64,000 nt of DNA. Origin: an uncultured Opitutales bacterium (lineage in GTDB: Bacteria; Verrucomicrobiota; Verrucomicrobiia; Opitutales; CAZQIE01). A program made the position numbers and the translations under genes. Location of the stretch: the NCBI GenBank assembly GCA_964593675.1, contig CAZQIE010000006.1:2449-66448 (forward strand), given 5' to 3'. The notes under the pieces were generated by a model. The model was not told the DNA's origin and searched no databases. It saw nothing but the letters and a program-made list of their open reading frames with translations. Positions 16,850 through 25,607 of this stretch are shown in pieces (position 1 is the stretch's first letter; the number at the start of each line of letters is the position of its first letter).

Positions 16850-18265
16850 TTACACGGTCACGGGCTCTTTTAGGGACACATCGCCCTTCTTTAGCGACGC
16901 CTTCACGAGGTTCATCCCGAATTCCCACAGCGGGCCCGGGAACTTGCAGCAGTCTTCCAGCACGTCGTCCAACCCCTTCACGAAACGCTCGATCTCGGCA
17001 TCGCCAATCACAAGCGGCGGAAGGATCTTCACGACATCCATGTTGTGCCCGGCCACCTGGGCCAGGATCCGGTGCTTCTGCAGGAGCGGTGTGACGATCA
17101 TCTGCGCGAAGAGACCCTTGTCCACCGCGTGCAGGGCCTTCCAGGCTACCTTGAGCTTCAACGACTTCGGCTCCTGGAACTCAATCGCGATCATGCAGCC
17201 GCGCCCGCGCACCTCCTTGATCAGGTCGTGCTTCTTCCCGAGTTCCCGAAGCGCCGCGATCAGCTGCTCGCCCTTGAGCGCACCGTTTTCCACGAGCTTT
17301 TCGTCGTCGAGGACGTGGAGCGTGGCCAACCCGCAGGCCATCGCCAGGTTGTTGCGCCCGAACGTGGACGAGTGCACCACGCAGCGGTCCATGCGCGAAA
17401 ACACCGCCTGGTAAATGCTGCGGCGCGTTACGATGGCCGCCGCAGGCACGTAGCCGCCGCTCAGCGTCTTGGCCAGCGTGATGATGTCCGGATCAAGGCC
17501 CCAATGCTGGAACCCGAAAAGCTTGCCCGTGCGGCCGAGGCCCGTCTGCACCTCGTCACAAATGAACAGGGCGCCATACTTGCGGCAAAGCTCCTGCGCC
17601 TTCGGGAAATAATCTTCACTCGGCACATTCACGCCCTTGCCCTGCACGGGCTCCGCGATGAACGCCGCCACGTCCCCGAGCTTCAGCTGGCGCTCCAGGT
17701 CCGCGAGGTCGTCATACTTAACGCGTTCCGCGCCGGGCATGAGCGGCCCAAAGCCTTCCTGGAAGTGCATGTTGCCCGTCACCGAGAGCGACCCATACGT
17801 CAGCCCGTGGTAGGACCCCGCGAGCGACAGGATGCGGCTCCGGCCCGTCGCGCACCGTGCAAACTTCAATGCGCCCTCAACCGCCTCGGCGCCCGAATTC
17901 GGGAAGAACACGGCGTCCAGGCTGGGGCCTGTGCGCTTTACGATCGCCTCGGCCAGCAGGCCGCTCAGCAGCGCGCAGTCCATCTGGACCATGTTCGGCA
18001 GGTCCATATCCAGGACGTCCCGGATCGTCTTTTTGATGACCGGGTGGTTGCGCCCAATATTGTAAACACCGTAGCCCGACAAAAAGTCCAGGTAATCGCG
18101 CCCCTCCTTGTCGTAGAGGTAGGCCCCCTGGGCGCGGGCGTAGACTTTATCGAAGCCGATCGTGCGCAGCACCTTGACGAGGGTGCGGTTCACGTAGCGC
18201 TCATGCAGGTCGTAGTTCTCCCCGAGGCGCGACGTCACGATCTCCTTAAGCTCGAAACTGGACAT
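16850..18265 (-). CDS. class III pyridoxal-phosphate aminotransferase
   Basis: 471 aa with YLDFLSGYGVYNIGRNHP, FFPNSGAEAVEGALKFAR, FICDEVQTGLGRTG and ITLAKTLSGG (the PLP lysine). Confidence 0.9.
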   Translation of the reverse strand: MSSFELKEIVTSRLGENYDLHERYVNRTLVKVLRTIGFDKVYARAQGAYLYDKEGRDYLDFLSGYGVYNIGRNHPVIKKTIRDVLDMDLPNMVQMDCALLSGLLAEAIVKRTGPSLDAVFFPNSGAEAVEGALKFARCATGRSRILSLAGSYHGLTYGSLSVTGNMHFQEGFGPLMPGAERVKYDDLADLERQLKLGDVAAFIAEPVQGKGVNVPSEDYFPKAQELCRKYGALFICDEVQTGLGRTGKLFGFQHWGLDPDIITLAKTLSGGYVPAAAIVTRRSIYQAVFSRMDRCVVHSSTFGRNNLAMACGLATLHVLDDEKLVENGALKGEQLIAALRELGKKHDLIKEVRGRGCMIAIEFQEPKSLKLKVAWKALHAVDKGLFAQMIVTPLLQKHRILAQVAGHNMDVVKILPPLVIGDAEIERFVKGLDDVLEDCCKFPGPLWEFGMNLVKASLKKGDVSLKEPVTV

Positions 18266-18438
18266 AGGCCGCGCATGCTAGCGAAACCACCGCCCCCGGC
18301 GCAAGGCTCTTCGCCCTCAGCTCCGCCCCGATCCGGCGTGCGGAGAACTCCGCCGTCGGCTCGTTTACGTCACGGCAAGGATCTCGTTTTCAGGCAACAG
18401 GTAGTGGGGCAATTTTACGGGAATGCTTGAAAATAGGT

Positions 18439-18459
18439 GAACATGTGTTCATCTTGTTC
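18439..18459 (+). promoter_or_regulatory. putative LexA (SOS) box, Verrucomicrobia type
   Basis: The sequence GAACA-TG-TGTTC-ATCT-TGTTC contains both a TGTTC-N4-TGTTC direct repeat (18446-18459) and an overlapping GAACA..TGTTC inverted pair. It ends 2 nt before the imuA ATG. Confidence 0.6.
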
Positions 18460-18461
18460 GA

Positions 18462-19229
18462 ATGCCCTTTTTCCCGGCTATAACGCCAGCGCAGGTTCCC
18501 AAGATGGGGCGCGAGCCGCTTTCGCCACAGGCGAAGCGGGAGGTCTGGGCGCGGCTGAAGGCGGGTGGGGTGGGGGGGGGGGTGGGGGCGGGGCGGGGGG
18601 GGGGGGGGGGGGGGGGGGCGCCGGGGCACGGCGGCGAACCGCTGTGGGGCACGGGCGTCCCGTCCGTGGATGAGGCGGGCGGGGGCGGGTTGCCGCGGGG
18701 CGCGCTTTCGGAGGTTGTGGCCGGCGGCCCGGGAGGGCGCGGCGGGCAATCGTTCCTCCTCCGGCTGCTGGAAGCTGCGGCGCGGGCGCTGGCGTATGCT
18801 GCGCTGGTGGACGGTGCCGAGACTTTTGACCCGCAGTCGGCCCCGGTGGGTCCGCTCAAACACCTGCTCTGGGTGCGGTGTGGCGGAAGCCCGACTCGTG
18901 CCCTGCAGGCGGCGGACTTGCTGCTGCGCGATGAAAATTTTGCGCTCGTGGCGGTGGACCTGCGCGGGTGCGCAGAGCGCGAACTCCGGCGCATCGCGGC
19001 GACGGCATGGCACCGGCTCCAGCGGGTCGCGGAGGAAAGCGGCTCGATCGGCGTGGTCTTTTCCACGCACGCGCAGGTGCCCAGCGCCGCCCTGCGCCTC
19101 GAACTCACATCACGACTGACCCTGAACCTGCTCGATGCGACCGGGGACGCGGTCACACACGCCTTGGGCGTCCACGTGCTGCGACGTCGCGGTAACTTTA
19201 GGGACGGGCAGGAGGCGCGCGCGGGATAA
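18462..19229 (+). CDS. imuA: ImuA-like (RecA-fold) component of the imuA-imuB-dnaE2 mutagenesis cassette
   Basis: 255 aa. The motif TGVPSVDEAGGGGLPRGALSEVV matches the ImuA signature (tG...lD..L.GGlprG.l.E.). The gene sits immediately upstream of imuB and dnaE2 and contains an in-frame poly-Gly stretch encoded by the G tract. Confidence 0.75.
   Translation: MPFFPAITPAQVPKMGREPLSPQAKREVWARLKAGGVGGGVGAGRGGGGGGGAPGHGGEPLWGTGVPSVDEAGGGGLPRGALSEVVAGGPGGRGGQSFLLRLLEAAARALAYAALVDGAETFDPQSAPVGPLKHLLWVRCGGSPTRALQAADLLLRDENFALVAVDLRGCAERELRRIAATAWHRLQRVAEESGSIGVVFSTHAQVPSAALRLELTSRLTLNLLDATGDAVTHALGVHVLRRRGNFRDGQEARAG
18563..18618 (+). repeat. near-pure G tract (G4,G11,G5,G4,G24) inside imuA
   Basis: My direct count gives an uninterrupted G24 run at 18595-18618 and a G11 run at 18572-18582. 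Only 5 non-G bases occur in 56 nt. Confidence 0.95.
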
Positions 19230-19377
19230 CGGGAGGGCCCCCGCGAGCGAAACCCCGCCGCAGAAGGCGGAAGCATGGGGGGCATACCCTTCTGCTCCGG
19301 TTGCGCCCTGTGGGCGCGGATAAGCCGGACAGATCCAAAGGGGAAGAACGCGCACTCGGAACGAACACCCATCGCCG

Positions 19378-20847
19378 ATGATGAAATTCGCCGCCATTTA
19401 TGCGCCGCACTTCCCGCTTCAGGCTGTGCTGAGGCTGGAGGCGGGGTTGCGGCAGGTGCCCGTGGCCTTGCTGGAAGAAGCCAGCCGCACGGCCCGGGTC
19501 ACCGCGCTTACGGACTCAGCCCGGGCCGCCGGGGTGCGGGAGGGCATGACGGCCGCGCAGGCGGCGGGGCGTTGTCCCGGTCTCGCCGCGCGCTTGCGCT
19601 CCGCCGAAGCCGAGGCCGCCGCGGCGCGCGTATTACTGGCGGGGGCGCTCACCGTGTCTCCCCGCGTGGAAGTCACCGCTCCGGGCGTGTGTACGGTCTC
19701 TCTCGCGGGCTTGCCCGAGGGTGCGCCGGAAAGGCTCACGAAGAAGGCGCTCGGCCGGCTCGCGGGCGTAGGGCTTTCAGTCCGCGCGGGGTTGGCAACC
19801 TCCGCCGGGCTCGCCCGCCAGGCTGCCCGGGTGGCCGCGCCGCTGCTTGTCGTCGCGGATGTCCCCGCCTTTCTTGCCGCACTCCCCATTGCTCGCATGG
19901 GCGCCTCGGCGGACCTTCTAGAAGTCCTGCATGCCTGGGGGCTGCACACCCTGGGGGCGCTCGCCGCGCTGCCCCGCGACGACGTTGCCCAGCGCCTTGG
20001 CGACGAAGCGCTGGCATTGTGGGACGACGCGCACGGGCAAGACCGCCGCCCTCTGACTCATGCGGCGCTCCCTGATGATTTTGAGGAGACGCTCGAACTG
20101 GAAGACCCGGTCGAGACGCTTGAGCCGCTCCTCTTCCTCCTGCGCCGGATGCTCGGGGCGCTCGTCCTGCGCCTGCAGGCCGCCTACCGCGTCGCTGCGG
20201 ACCTCAGCCTCACCCTGCGCCTCGACAGCGGCCCGCCCCACGAGCGCAGTTTCCGCCTGCCAGAGCCGACCGCGCAACCCGACCTCTTGCTCCGCGTGCT
20301 GCACGCGCATCTGGAGCAGGTCCGCACGGATGCGCCTGTCGTGGCGCTGCGCCTGCGCGTGGAGCCCGCACCCCTCCAGTTCCGCCAACAGGGCCTGTTC
20401 GAGACGGCGCTCAAAAATCCGGCGCGCCTGCAGGAAACGCTCGACCGGCTGACTGGCCTGGTTGGCTCGCAGAACGCCGGGTGTCCCCGGGCTCTGCCGA
20501 CGCGAAGGCCCGACGCGTTCACGTTGGAACCGTTGGCCGATGCCGCCGCTTCAGCCGCCCCCGAAGCCGGCCTTCCCCCGGGTCTGGCGCTGCGCCGCCT
20601 GCGCCCACCCGCGCCCGCACGGGTCCGCGCCGAAGCCGAGGCCCCGCCAACCCGCCTGGAAAGCGCCGTTGCGAGCGGCACCATTTGCGACACCCGCGGC
20701 CCCTGGCATGTCTCTGGGGACTGGTGGCTCCCGCCAGCCCAGTCCTGGAGCCGCACCGAGTGGGACGCCGCGCTTGAAGACGGCGTCCTTCTGCGCCTCG
20801 TGCATACGCCCAACGGGCAATGGTGGGTGGAGGGCTTTTATGACTGA
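19378..20847 (+). CDS. imuB: ImuB, Y-family polymerase-like protein
   Basis: 489 aa. The N-terminus MMKFAAIYAPHFPLQAVLRLE is typical of ImuB. The stop overlaps the dnaE2 start. Confidence 0.85.
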   Translation: MMKFAAIYAPHFPLQAVLRLEAGLRQVPVALLEEASRTARVTALTDSARAAGVREGMTAAQAAGRCPGLAARLRSAEAEAAAARVLLAGALTVSPRVEVTAPGVCTVSLAGLPEGAPERLTKKALGRLAGVGLSVRAGLATSAGLARQAARVAAPLLVVADVPAFLAALPIARMGASADLLEVLHAWGLHTLGALAALPRDDVAQRLGDEALALWDDAHGQDRRPLTHAALPDDFEETLELEDPVETLEPLLFLLRRMLGALVLRLQAAYRVAADLSLTLRLDSGPPHERSFRLPEPTAQPDLLLRVLHAHLEQVRTDAPVVALRLRVEPAPLQFRQQGLFETALKNPARLQETLDRLTGLVGSQNAGCPRALPTRRPDAFTLEPLADAAASAAPEAGLPPGLALRRLRPPAPARVRAEAEAPPTRLESAVASGTICDTRGPWHVSGDWWLPPAQSWSRTEWDAALEDGVLLRLVHTPNGQWWVEGFYD

Positions 20848-23800
20848 CGGCGCGTCTTACGTCGAACTGCACGCCCGGAGCGCCTTCAGCTTCCTGCGTG
20901 CAGGCTCCGGGCCGGAGGCGCTGGTGCGTGCCGCCGCACAGGCGGGGCTGCCCGCGCTGGCGCTCTGTGACCGCAATGGTGTGTATGGCACGGCACGCTT
21001 TCATTCGGCGGCAAAGGAGCAAGGCTTTCGGCCTATCGTCGGCGCGGAGCTCGCGATGGAGGACGGGAGCGCGCTTCCGGTGCTCGTGGAGACACCCGAG
21101 GGTTACCGGAACCTGTGCCGCCTGATGACGAACGCCCAGCTTCGCGCGGAAAAGGGGGCCGCCCGCGTCACGTGGGCTGAGCTTCCCGGATACACCGCCG
21201 GGCTCGTGGCGCTGACGGGCGACGAGGAAGGCCCGGTGCCCGCCGCACTCGAACGGGGAGGCCCTGCGGCTGCCGTGGATGTAGTTAAAACCCTGATACA
21301 CGCCTTCGGGAGCGAGCGTCTTTTCGTGGAGGTGCAGCGCCATCACGTCCGCGGGGAGGAACGGCGGGTGCGGGCGCTCGTGGCGCTCGCCCAGGCACAG
21401 GGGCTGCCGCTGATTGCCACAAACGGCGTGGCCTACGCGGTCCCGGAACACCGCGAGGTTTTGGACGCCTTCACCTGCCTGCGCCATAAAACCCACCTCG
21501 ACGCCGCAGGGCTCCTCCTCCAGCCAAACGCCGAACGCCATGTAAAGACACCGCAGGCCATGGCAGCCCTTTTTGCGGATCTACCCGAGGCTGTCTCGAA
21601 TACCGCACGCCTTGCTGATCGCCTCGCTTTCACGCTCGAAAACCTCGGCTACCAGTTTCCCGAATACCCGGTGCCGCCCGGTGAGACCCAGGATTCCTTC
21701 CTGCGCAAGATGACGTGGTTTGGCGCGGAGCAACGCTACGGCGCCATCACGCCCCCCGTTCGCGCCCAGCTTGAACACGAACTCGCCCTCATTGCCCGCC
21801 TCGGCTTCTCCGGCTACTTTCTCGTTGTTTGGGACATCGTGAACTTCTGCCGCGAGGCCGCTGTGATGGTGCAGGGACGCGGCAGCGCCGCAAACAGCGC
21901 CGTTTGCTACAGCCTCGGCATCACCGCGGTGGACCCGATCGGCAGCAAACTCCTCTTCGAACGTTTCCTCTCCGAAGGCCGCACGAGCTGGCCCGACATC
22001 GACCTCGACCTCCCCAGCGGCGACCGCCGCGAGCGCGTGATCCAGGAAATGTACCGGCGCTACGGGCCCCGCGGCGTCGCGATGACCGCGAACGTCATCA
22101 CCTACCGCGGGCGCAGTGCCATCCGCGACCTCGGCAAGGCCCTTAACCTGCCGCCTGAGCACCTTGACCGCTTTTCGCGCCTCTACGCCAGCGGGGACTT
22201 TCCGCACACGCTCGGGCTTGAGGAACAGCTTCACGCCGCAGGCCTTCCAACCTCCCACCCACGGGTTCCCGCGCTCATGCGCCTCTATGCCGCTGCCTAT
22301 GGGCTCCCGCGGCACCTCGGGCAGCACTCGGGCGGCATGATCCTCTGTCGCGGAAATCTGGATACGGTGGTGCCGCTCGAAAACGCCTCCATGCCCGGGC
22401 GCGTCGTCGCCCAGTGGGACAAGGACGACTGCGAGGACCTCGGTCTCGTAAAGGTCGACCTCCTCGGCCTCGGCATGATGGCCGTCATGCAGGACGCCCT
22501 TGAACTCACCCGCGTGCGGGGGCGTCCCGTGGACCTCGCCCATATCCCAAAGGACGACGCGGCCACGTTCTCCATGATGTGCGAAGCCGACACGATCGGC
22601 GTCTTCCAGATCGAGAGCCGTGCCCAGATGGCCACCCTCCCGCGCATGCAGCCCAGGAGCTTCTACGACGTCGTGGTCGAGGTCGCGATCATCCGGCCTG
22701 GCCCGATTCAGGGAAACCTCGTCCACCCCTATCTGGAGCGCCGCGCCGGGCGCGCACCCATTGATTACATCCTCCCCGAAATCCGCCCCATCCTCGAACG
22801 CACGCTGGGCGTCCCGCTCTTTCAGGAGCAGGTGCTGAAGATCGCCATGGTCGTCGCCGGCTTTTCCGGCGCAGAGGCCGAGGAACTGCGGCGGGCCCTC
22901 GGTTTCAAGCGCAACAACGACCGCATGGACCGCGTACTGCGCAAGCTGCGTGCGTCCATGGCCGCACGGGGCGTGCCGGGCGAGGCCGCGGCGAAAATCG
23001 AAGCCTCCATCCAGTCCTTCGCCCTTTACGGGTTCCCGGAAAGCCACGCCATCAGCTTTGCCCTCATCGCCTACGGCAGCGCCTGGATGAAGGTCCACCG
23101 CACGGCGGAGTTCTACGCCGGCCTCCTCAACAACCAGCCCATGGGCTTTTACTCGCGCGCCACGCTTGTGCAGGACGCCCGCCGCCACGGCCTGCGGATT
23201 CTCCCGCCCTGCATCGCGCTGTCCGACTGGCCCTGCACGGTGGTGGACGACCACACAGTCCGCCTCGGCCTCCTCTCCCTGCGCGGGCTGCGCCGCGAAA
23301 CCTGCGCGTCCATGCTGGCCGCGCGCGAGACACGCCCCTTCCGCTCTGTATCCGATTTTCTGAGACGCACGGCTTTTTCCCCCGAAGACCTCCGCACCCT
23401 CGCCGCAACCGGCACCCTCAACGCCCTTGCCGGCGACCGCCGCCGCGCCCTCTGGGCCGTCACCACACCCACGCGTGGGTTCGACCTCTTTCACGCCGCC
23501 GAGGATGTGGCTGACATGGCTTCCACCGAAGCACGGGAAGCTCCGCCCGATGATGCCGATCTTGCAGCCGGGCTCCGCGCGGCCGCCGAAGCCGCTGCTG
23601 GAGCCAACCGGAAGACCTCCCAGTGCGCCTGCCCGCTGCCCGACATGACGCCCGAGGAGCGCCTGCGCGCCGACTACGCGGGGCTTGGCCTCACCGTTGG
23701 CGCGCACCCCATGGCTCACCTCCGCGCCCAATTCCCCGGCATCCTCACCGCAAGCGCCCTCAAAGCCGCTTCACATGGGGCCTACGGCGTCATCGCGGGT

Positions 23801-24058
23801 GCTGTCATTTGTCGCCAACGCCCCGGCACGGCAAAAGGCTTTGTGTTTGTCTCCCTTGAAGACGAAACCGGCATAGCCAACGCCATTGTCTCGCCGCAAC
23901 TCTTCGAGCGCCAACGCCTCGTCATCACACAGGAAACCTTCCTCCGCATTTCCGGCCGCATCCAGAACATCGACGGCGTCCCCTGCCTCAAAGCAAACAC
24001 GGTCGAACCTCTTTTTGCAGACCCGCTCCCAGCCGCCACGTCTCACGACTTCCATTGA
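20840..24058 (+). CDS. dnaE2: error-prone DNA polymerase III alpha subunit DnaE2
   Basis: The PHP-domain start is MTDGASYVELHARSAFSFLRAGS, and the protein shows a polymerase core and an OB fold. I trimmed the track ORF start (20462) to the ATG at 20840, which lies in the same frame. Confidence 0.93.
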   Translation: MTDGASYVELHARSAFSFLRAGSGPEALVRAAAQAGLPALALCDRNGVYGTARFHSAAKEQGFRPIVGAELAMEDGSALPVLVETPEGYRNLCRLMTNAQLRAEKGAARVTWAELPGYTAGLVALTGDEEGPVPAALERGGPAAAVDVVKTLIHAFGSERLFVEVQRHHVRGEERRVRALVALAQAQGLPLIATNGVAYAVPEHREVLDAFTCLRHKTHLDAAGLLLQPNAERHVKTPQAMAALFADLPEAVSNTARLADRLAFTLENLGYQFPEYPVPPGETQDSFLRKMTWFGAEQRYGAITPPVRAQLEHELALIARLGFSGYFLVVWDIVNFCREAAVMVQGRGSAANSAVCYSLGITAVDPIGSKLLFERFLSEGRTSWPDIDLDLPSGDRRERVIQEMYRRYGPRGVAMTANVITYRGRSAIRDLGKALNLPPEHLDRFSRLYASGDFPHTLGLEEQLHAAGLPTSHPRVPALMRLYAAAYGLPRHLGQHSGGMILCRGNLDTVVPLENASMPGRVVAQWDKDDCEDLGLVKVDLLGLGMMAVMQDALELTRVRGRPVDLAHIPKDDAATFSMMCEADTIGVFQIESRAQMATLPRMQPRSFYDVVVEVAIIRPGPIQGNLVHPYLERRAGRAPIDYILPEIRPILERTLGVPLFQEQVLKIAMVVAGFSGAEAEELRRALGFKRNNDRMDRVLRKLRASMAARGVPGEAAAKIEASIQSFALYGFPESHAISFALIAYGSAWMKVHRTAEFYAGLLNNQPMGFYSRATLVQDARRHGLRILPPCIALSDWPCTVVDDHTVRLGLLSLRGLRRETCASMLAARETRPFRSVSDFLRRTAFSPEDLRTLAATGTLNALAGDRRRALWAVTTPTRGFDLFHAAEDVADMASTEAREAPPDDADLAAGLRAAAEAAAGANRKTSQCACPLPDMTPEERLRADYAGLGLTVGAHPMAHLRAQFPGILTASALKAASHGAYGVIAGAVICRQRPGTAKGFVFVSLEDETGIANAIVSPQLFERQRLVITQETFLRISGRIQNIDGVPCLKANTVEPLFADPLPAATSHDFH

Positions 24059-24091
24059 ACCAGCGGAACGCCCACGATTCCTGAAAAGCAG

Positions 24092-24174
24092 TGCCCGGGA
24101 TGGGGGTCGAACCCACACGGCCTTACGGCCAGCGGATTTTAAGTCCGCAGCGTCTGCCATTCCGCCACCCGGGC
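24092..24174 (-). tRNA. tRNA-Leu (anticodon TAA)
   Basis: The reverse strand reads GCCCGGGTGGCGGAATGGCAGACGCTGCGGACTTAAAATCCGCTGGCCGTAAGGCCGTGTGGGTTCGACCCCCATCCCGGGCA. It has a 7-bp acceptor stem, the anticodon loop CTTAAAA, a long variable arm and a T-loop. Confidence 0.9.
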
Positions 24175-24239
24175 GCAGGTGGCGAAAGGTAGGCGGGTGA
24201 CGGCCCTCCGGCAAGTATTTTGGGCACCACCGGTCTGCG

Positions 24240-24350
24240 GGTGCGTTCATGGGGCGCCCGAAAGCCTGTGCAAGCCGATGGGCCGTGCAGCCGAAAAAAA
24301 CGGCCCGCGCGGTGCGTGGTCGCCGCAGCGTCGCAAGCGACACTTTAACG
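24240..24350 (+). repeat. partial or rearranged copy (D) of the dispersed repeat
   Basis: CATGGGGCGCCC ... TCGCCGCAGCGTCGCAAGCGACACTTTAA matches the core and 3' arm of copies A and B. An internal hairpin GGGCCG..AAAAAAA..CGGCCC is inserted. The 3' end overlaps the stop codon of the LacI gene on the opposite strand. Confidence 0.5.
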
Positions 24351-25472
24351 CGAGAAATTGTCCTGGCTTCCGGCTTCTTTGGCTGGGGCTGCGGCGTCCG
24401 CGGCTGCTCGCACCGTCGAGCCCTCGCGCCAGCGGGATTTGATCAGGACCTGTTTGGGAACTTTGGGAGCGCCGCGCTCGTTGCGCTCGATGGCTGCTGC
24501 GGCGAGTTCGATGCCGGTGCGTCCGAGGTCGGCCTCCGCGGGCTCGATTCCCGCCCAATCCACTTCAAGCGGCCCGAGCGATGGATGCACGAGCCCGATT
24601 TCTTCGGGTATGCGTAGGCCCAGATTCTTTAGCCAGGAAAAGGGCTCGTAAAGGCAGGTCACGAGCACATCCGGACGCTGTTGCTGGATCCACGCCGCAA
24701 ACTCGCTCTGACCGGCGGGTTCGGGGTAGGTCACCAGCGTGGGGCGGTCGAGCCGTTCGGGGAACCGTTCAGATGCGGTCATGAAGGCGGCCCGAAAGGT
24801 GGTATCACTAGCGCGGTCATGCCATGGTGTGGTAAAAAATGCGGGGCGCCTATAGCCACGTGCGAGCAAGGCTTCCATCAGCCGGTGCATGTTCCCGAAG
24901 TCGTCATAGGCGGCCTGGGTGTACTCGTAACGCAGGTGCGGCAACTTTCCAAACAGGCTCGTATTGCGCAGGCCTTGCTGCCGCCTGAGAACGACGACCG
25001 CCCGCTCGCCCCAGTCCATCGCGGCCAGCACGCCCGTTATGGTTCCACCCAGCACGATGCCAAGGATGCCTCGGGCGTCCAGAATGCGGAGGGCTGCGGC
25101 CAGATTTGCTTCTGTCGGATTCTTCCTGAGAAAGGCGAGGTCTATGCGGTCAAGGCTGTAACCGAGTTGTTGAGCCCGCTCGCTTGAGCCCCTCCACAGC
25201 TCTTTTCCCTCGTCCAGGTGCCACTGTTCGGGCGAGTCCATATCGGTTATCCAACCGATGGTGCCGCGGAACGCGCTCCTTTTGCGGCTGCGGACGGCCG
25301 CTTGATACGCCGATATCAGCGGGTTGGCGACGTAGCCCATTTCCTTTGCGACCTTCTCGATCTTTGCGCGAGTCGCGGGCGCAACCCGTGGGTCGCCTTT
25401 CAGCGCGAGGTGCACGGTGTTGTGGCCGACGCCGGCCTTCGCCGCAATTTCTCTAAGGGTAGGCTGGGGCAT
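24345..25472 (-). CDS. LacI-family transcriptional regulator
   Basis: 375 aa with an N-terminal HTH (TLREIAAKAGVGHNTVHLALKG) followed by a periplasmic-binding-protein-like fold. Confidence 0.85.
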   Translation of the reverse strand: MPQPTLREIAAKAGVGHNTVHLALKGDPRVAPATRAKIEKVAKEMGYVANPLISAYQAAVRSRKRSAFRGTIGWITDMDSPEQWHLDEGKELWRGSSERAQQLGYSLDRIDLAFLRKNPTEANLAAALRILDARGILGIVLGGTITGVLAAMDWGERAVVVLRRQQGLRNTSLFGKLPHLRYEYTQAAYDDFGNMHRLMEALLARGYRRPAFFTTPWHDRASDTTFRAAFMTASERFPERLDRPTLVTYPEPAGQSEFAAWIQQQRPDVLVTCLYEPFSWLKNLGLRIPEEIGLVHPSLGPLEVDWAGIEPAEADLGRTGIELAAAAIERNERGAPKVPKQVLIKSRWREGSTVRAAADAAAPAKEAGSQDNFSR

Positions 25473-25529
25473 TTGAGCAGCATGCCGATCCTGTACGCAC
25501 CTGTCTACCTCCGCAAGACAACACCCATT

Positions 25530-25545
25530 ATAGGACCTGTCCTAT
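25530..25545. promoter_or_regulatory. 16-bp perfect palindrome, candidate operator
   Basis: ATAGGACCTGTCCTAT lies in the divergent spacer between the LacI gene and the PEP-CTERM gene. Confidence 0.4.
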
Positions 25546-25607
25546 GGTGGCTCGGTTGATGTTGGGCGTATCGGTGTCAGAATGATCGTGCACCCCAGAG
25601 AAAACCT

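Noticed and set aside
18565-19119. Alternative-frame ORF (184 aa) beginning in the G tract, and the antisense ORFs across imuA (18390..19070, 18449..19372).
   Set aside because: Only the 18462 frame contains the ImuA signature. The others are Gly/Arg/Pro-rich shadow frames, although the +1 frame would be the read-through product after a 1-nt slippage.
20462-20839. N-terminal extensions of track ORFs, including dnaE2 from 20462, surE to 14589, aroC to 38055, ispE to 48325, pnp from 51094, rpsO from 50519, the DUF47 gene from 40728, LacI from 29833 and the big esterase to 29926.
   Set aside because: The extensions overlap upstream genes or are Arg/Pro-rich. The conserved family N-termini begin at the internal ATGs that I used.
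21581-23731. 716-aa ORF antisense to dnaE2, and similar long antisense ORFs at 50797..53889 (opposite pnp), 17045..18430 (opposite the aminotransferase), 15090..16139, 11411..12364, 57553..58947, 59332..60588 and 55865..57109.
   Set aside because: All lie opposite genes with clear family signatures, lack any motif and have shadow-frame amino-acid bias. They are artefacts of high GC content with few stop codons.
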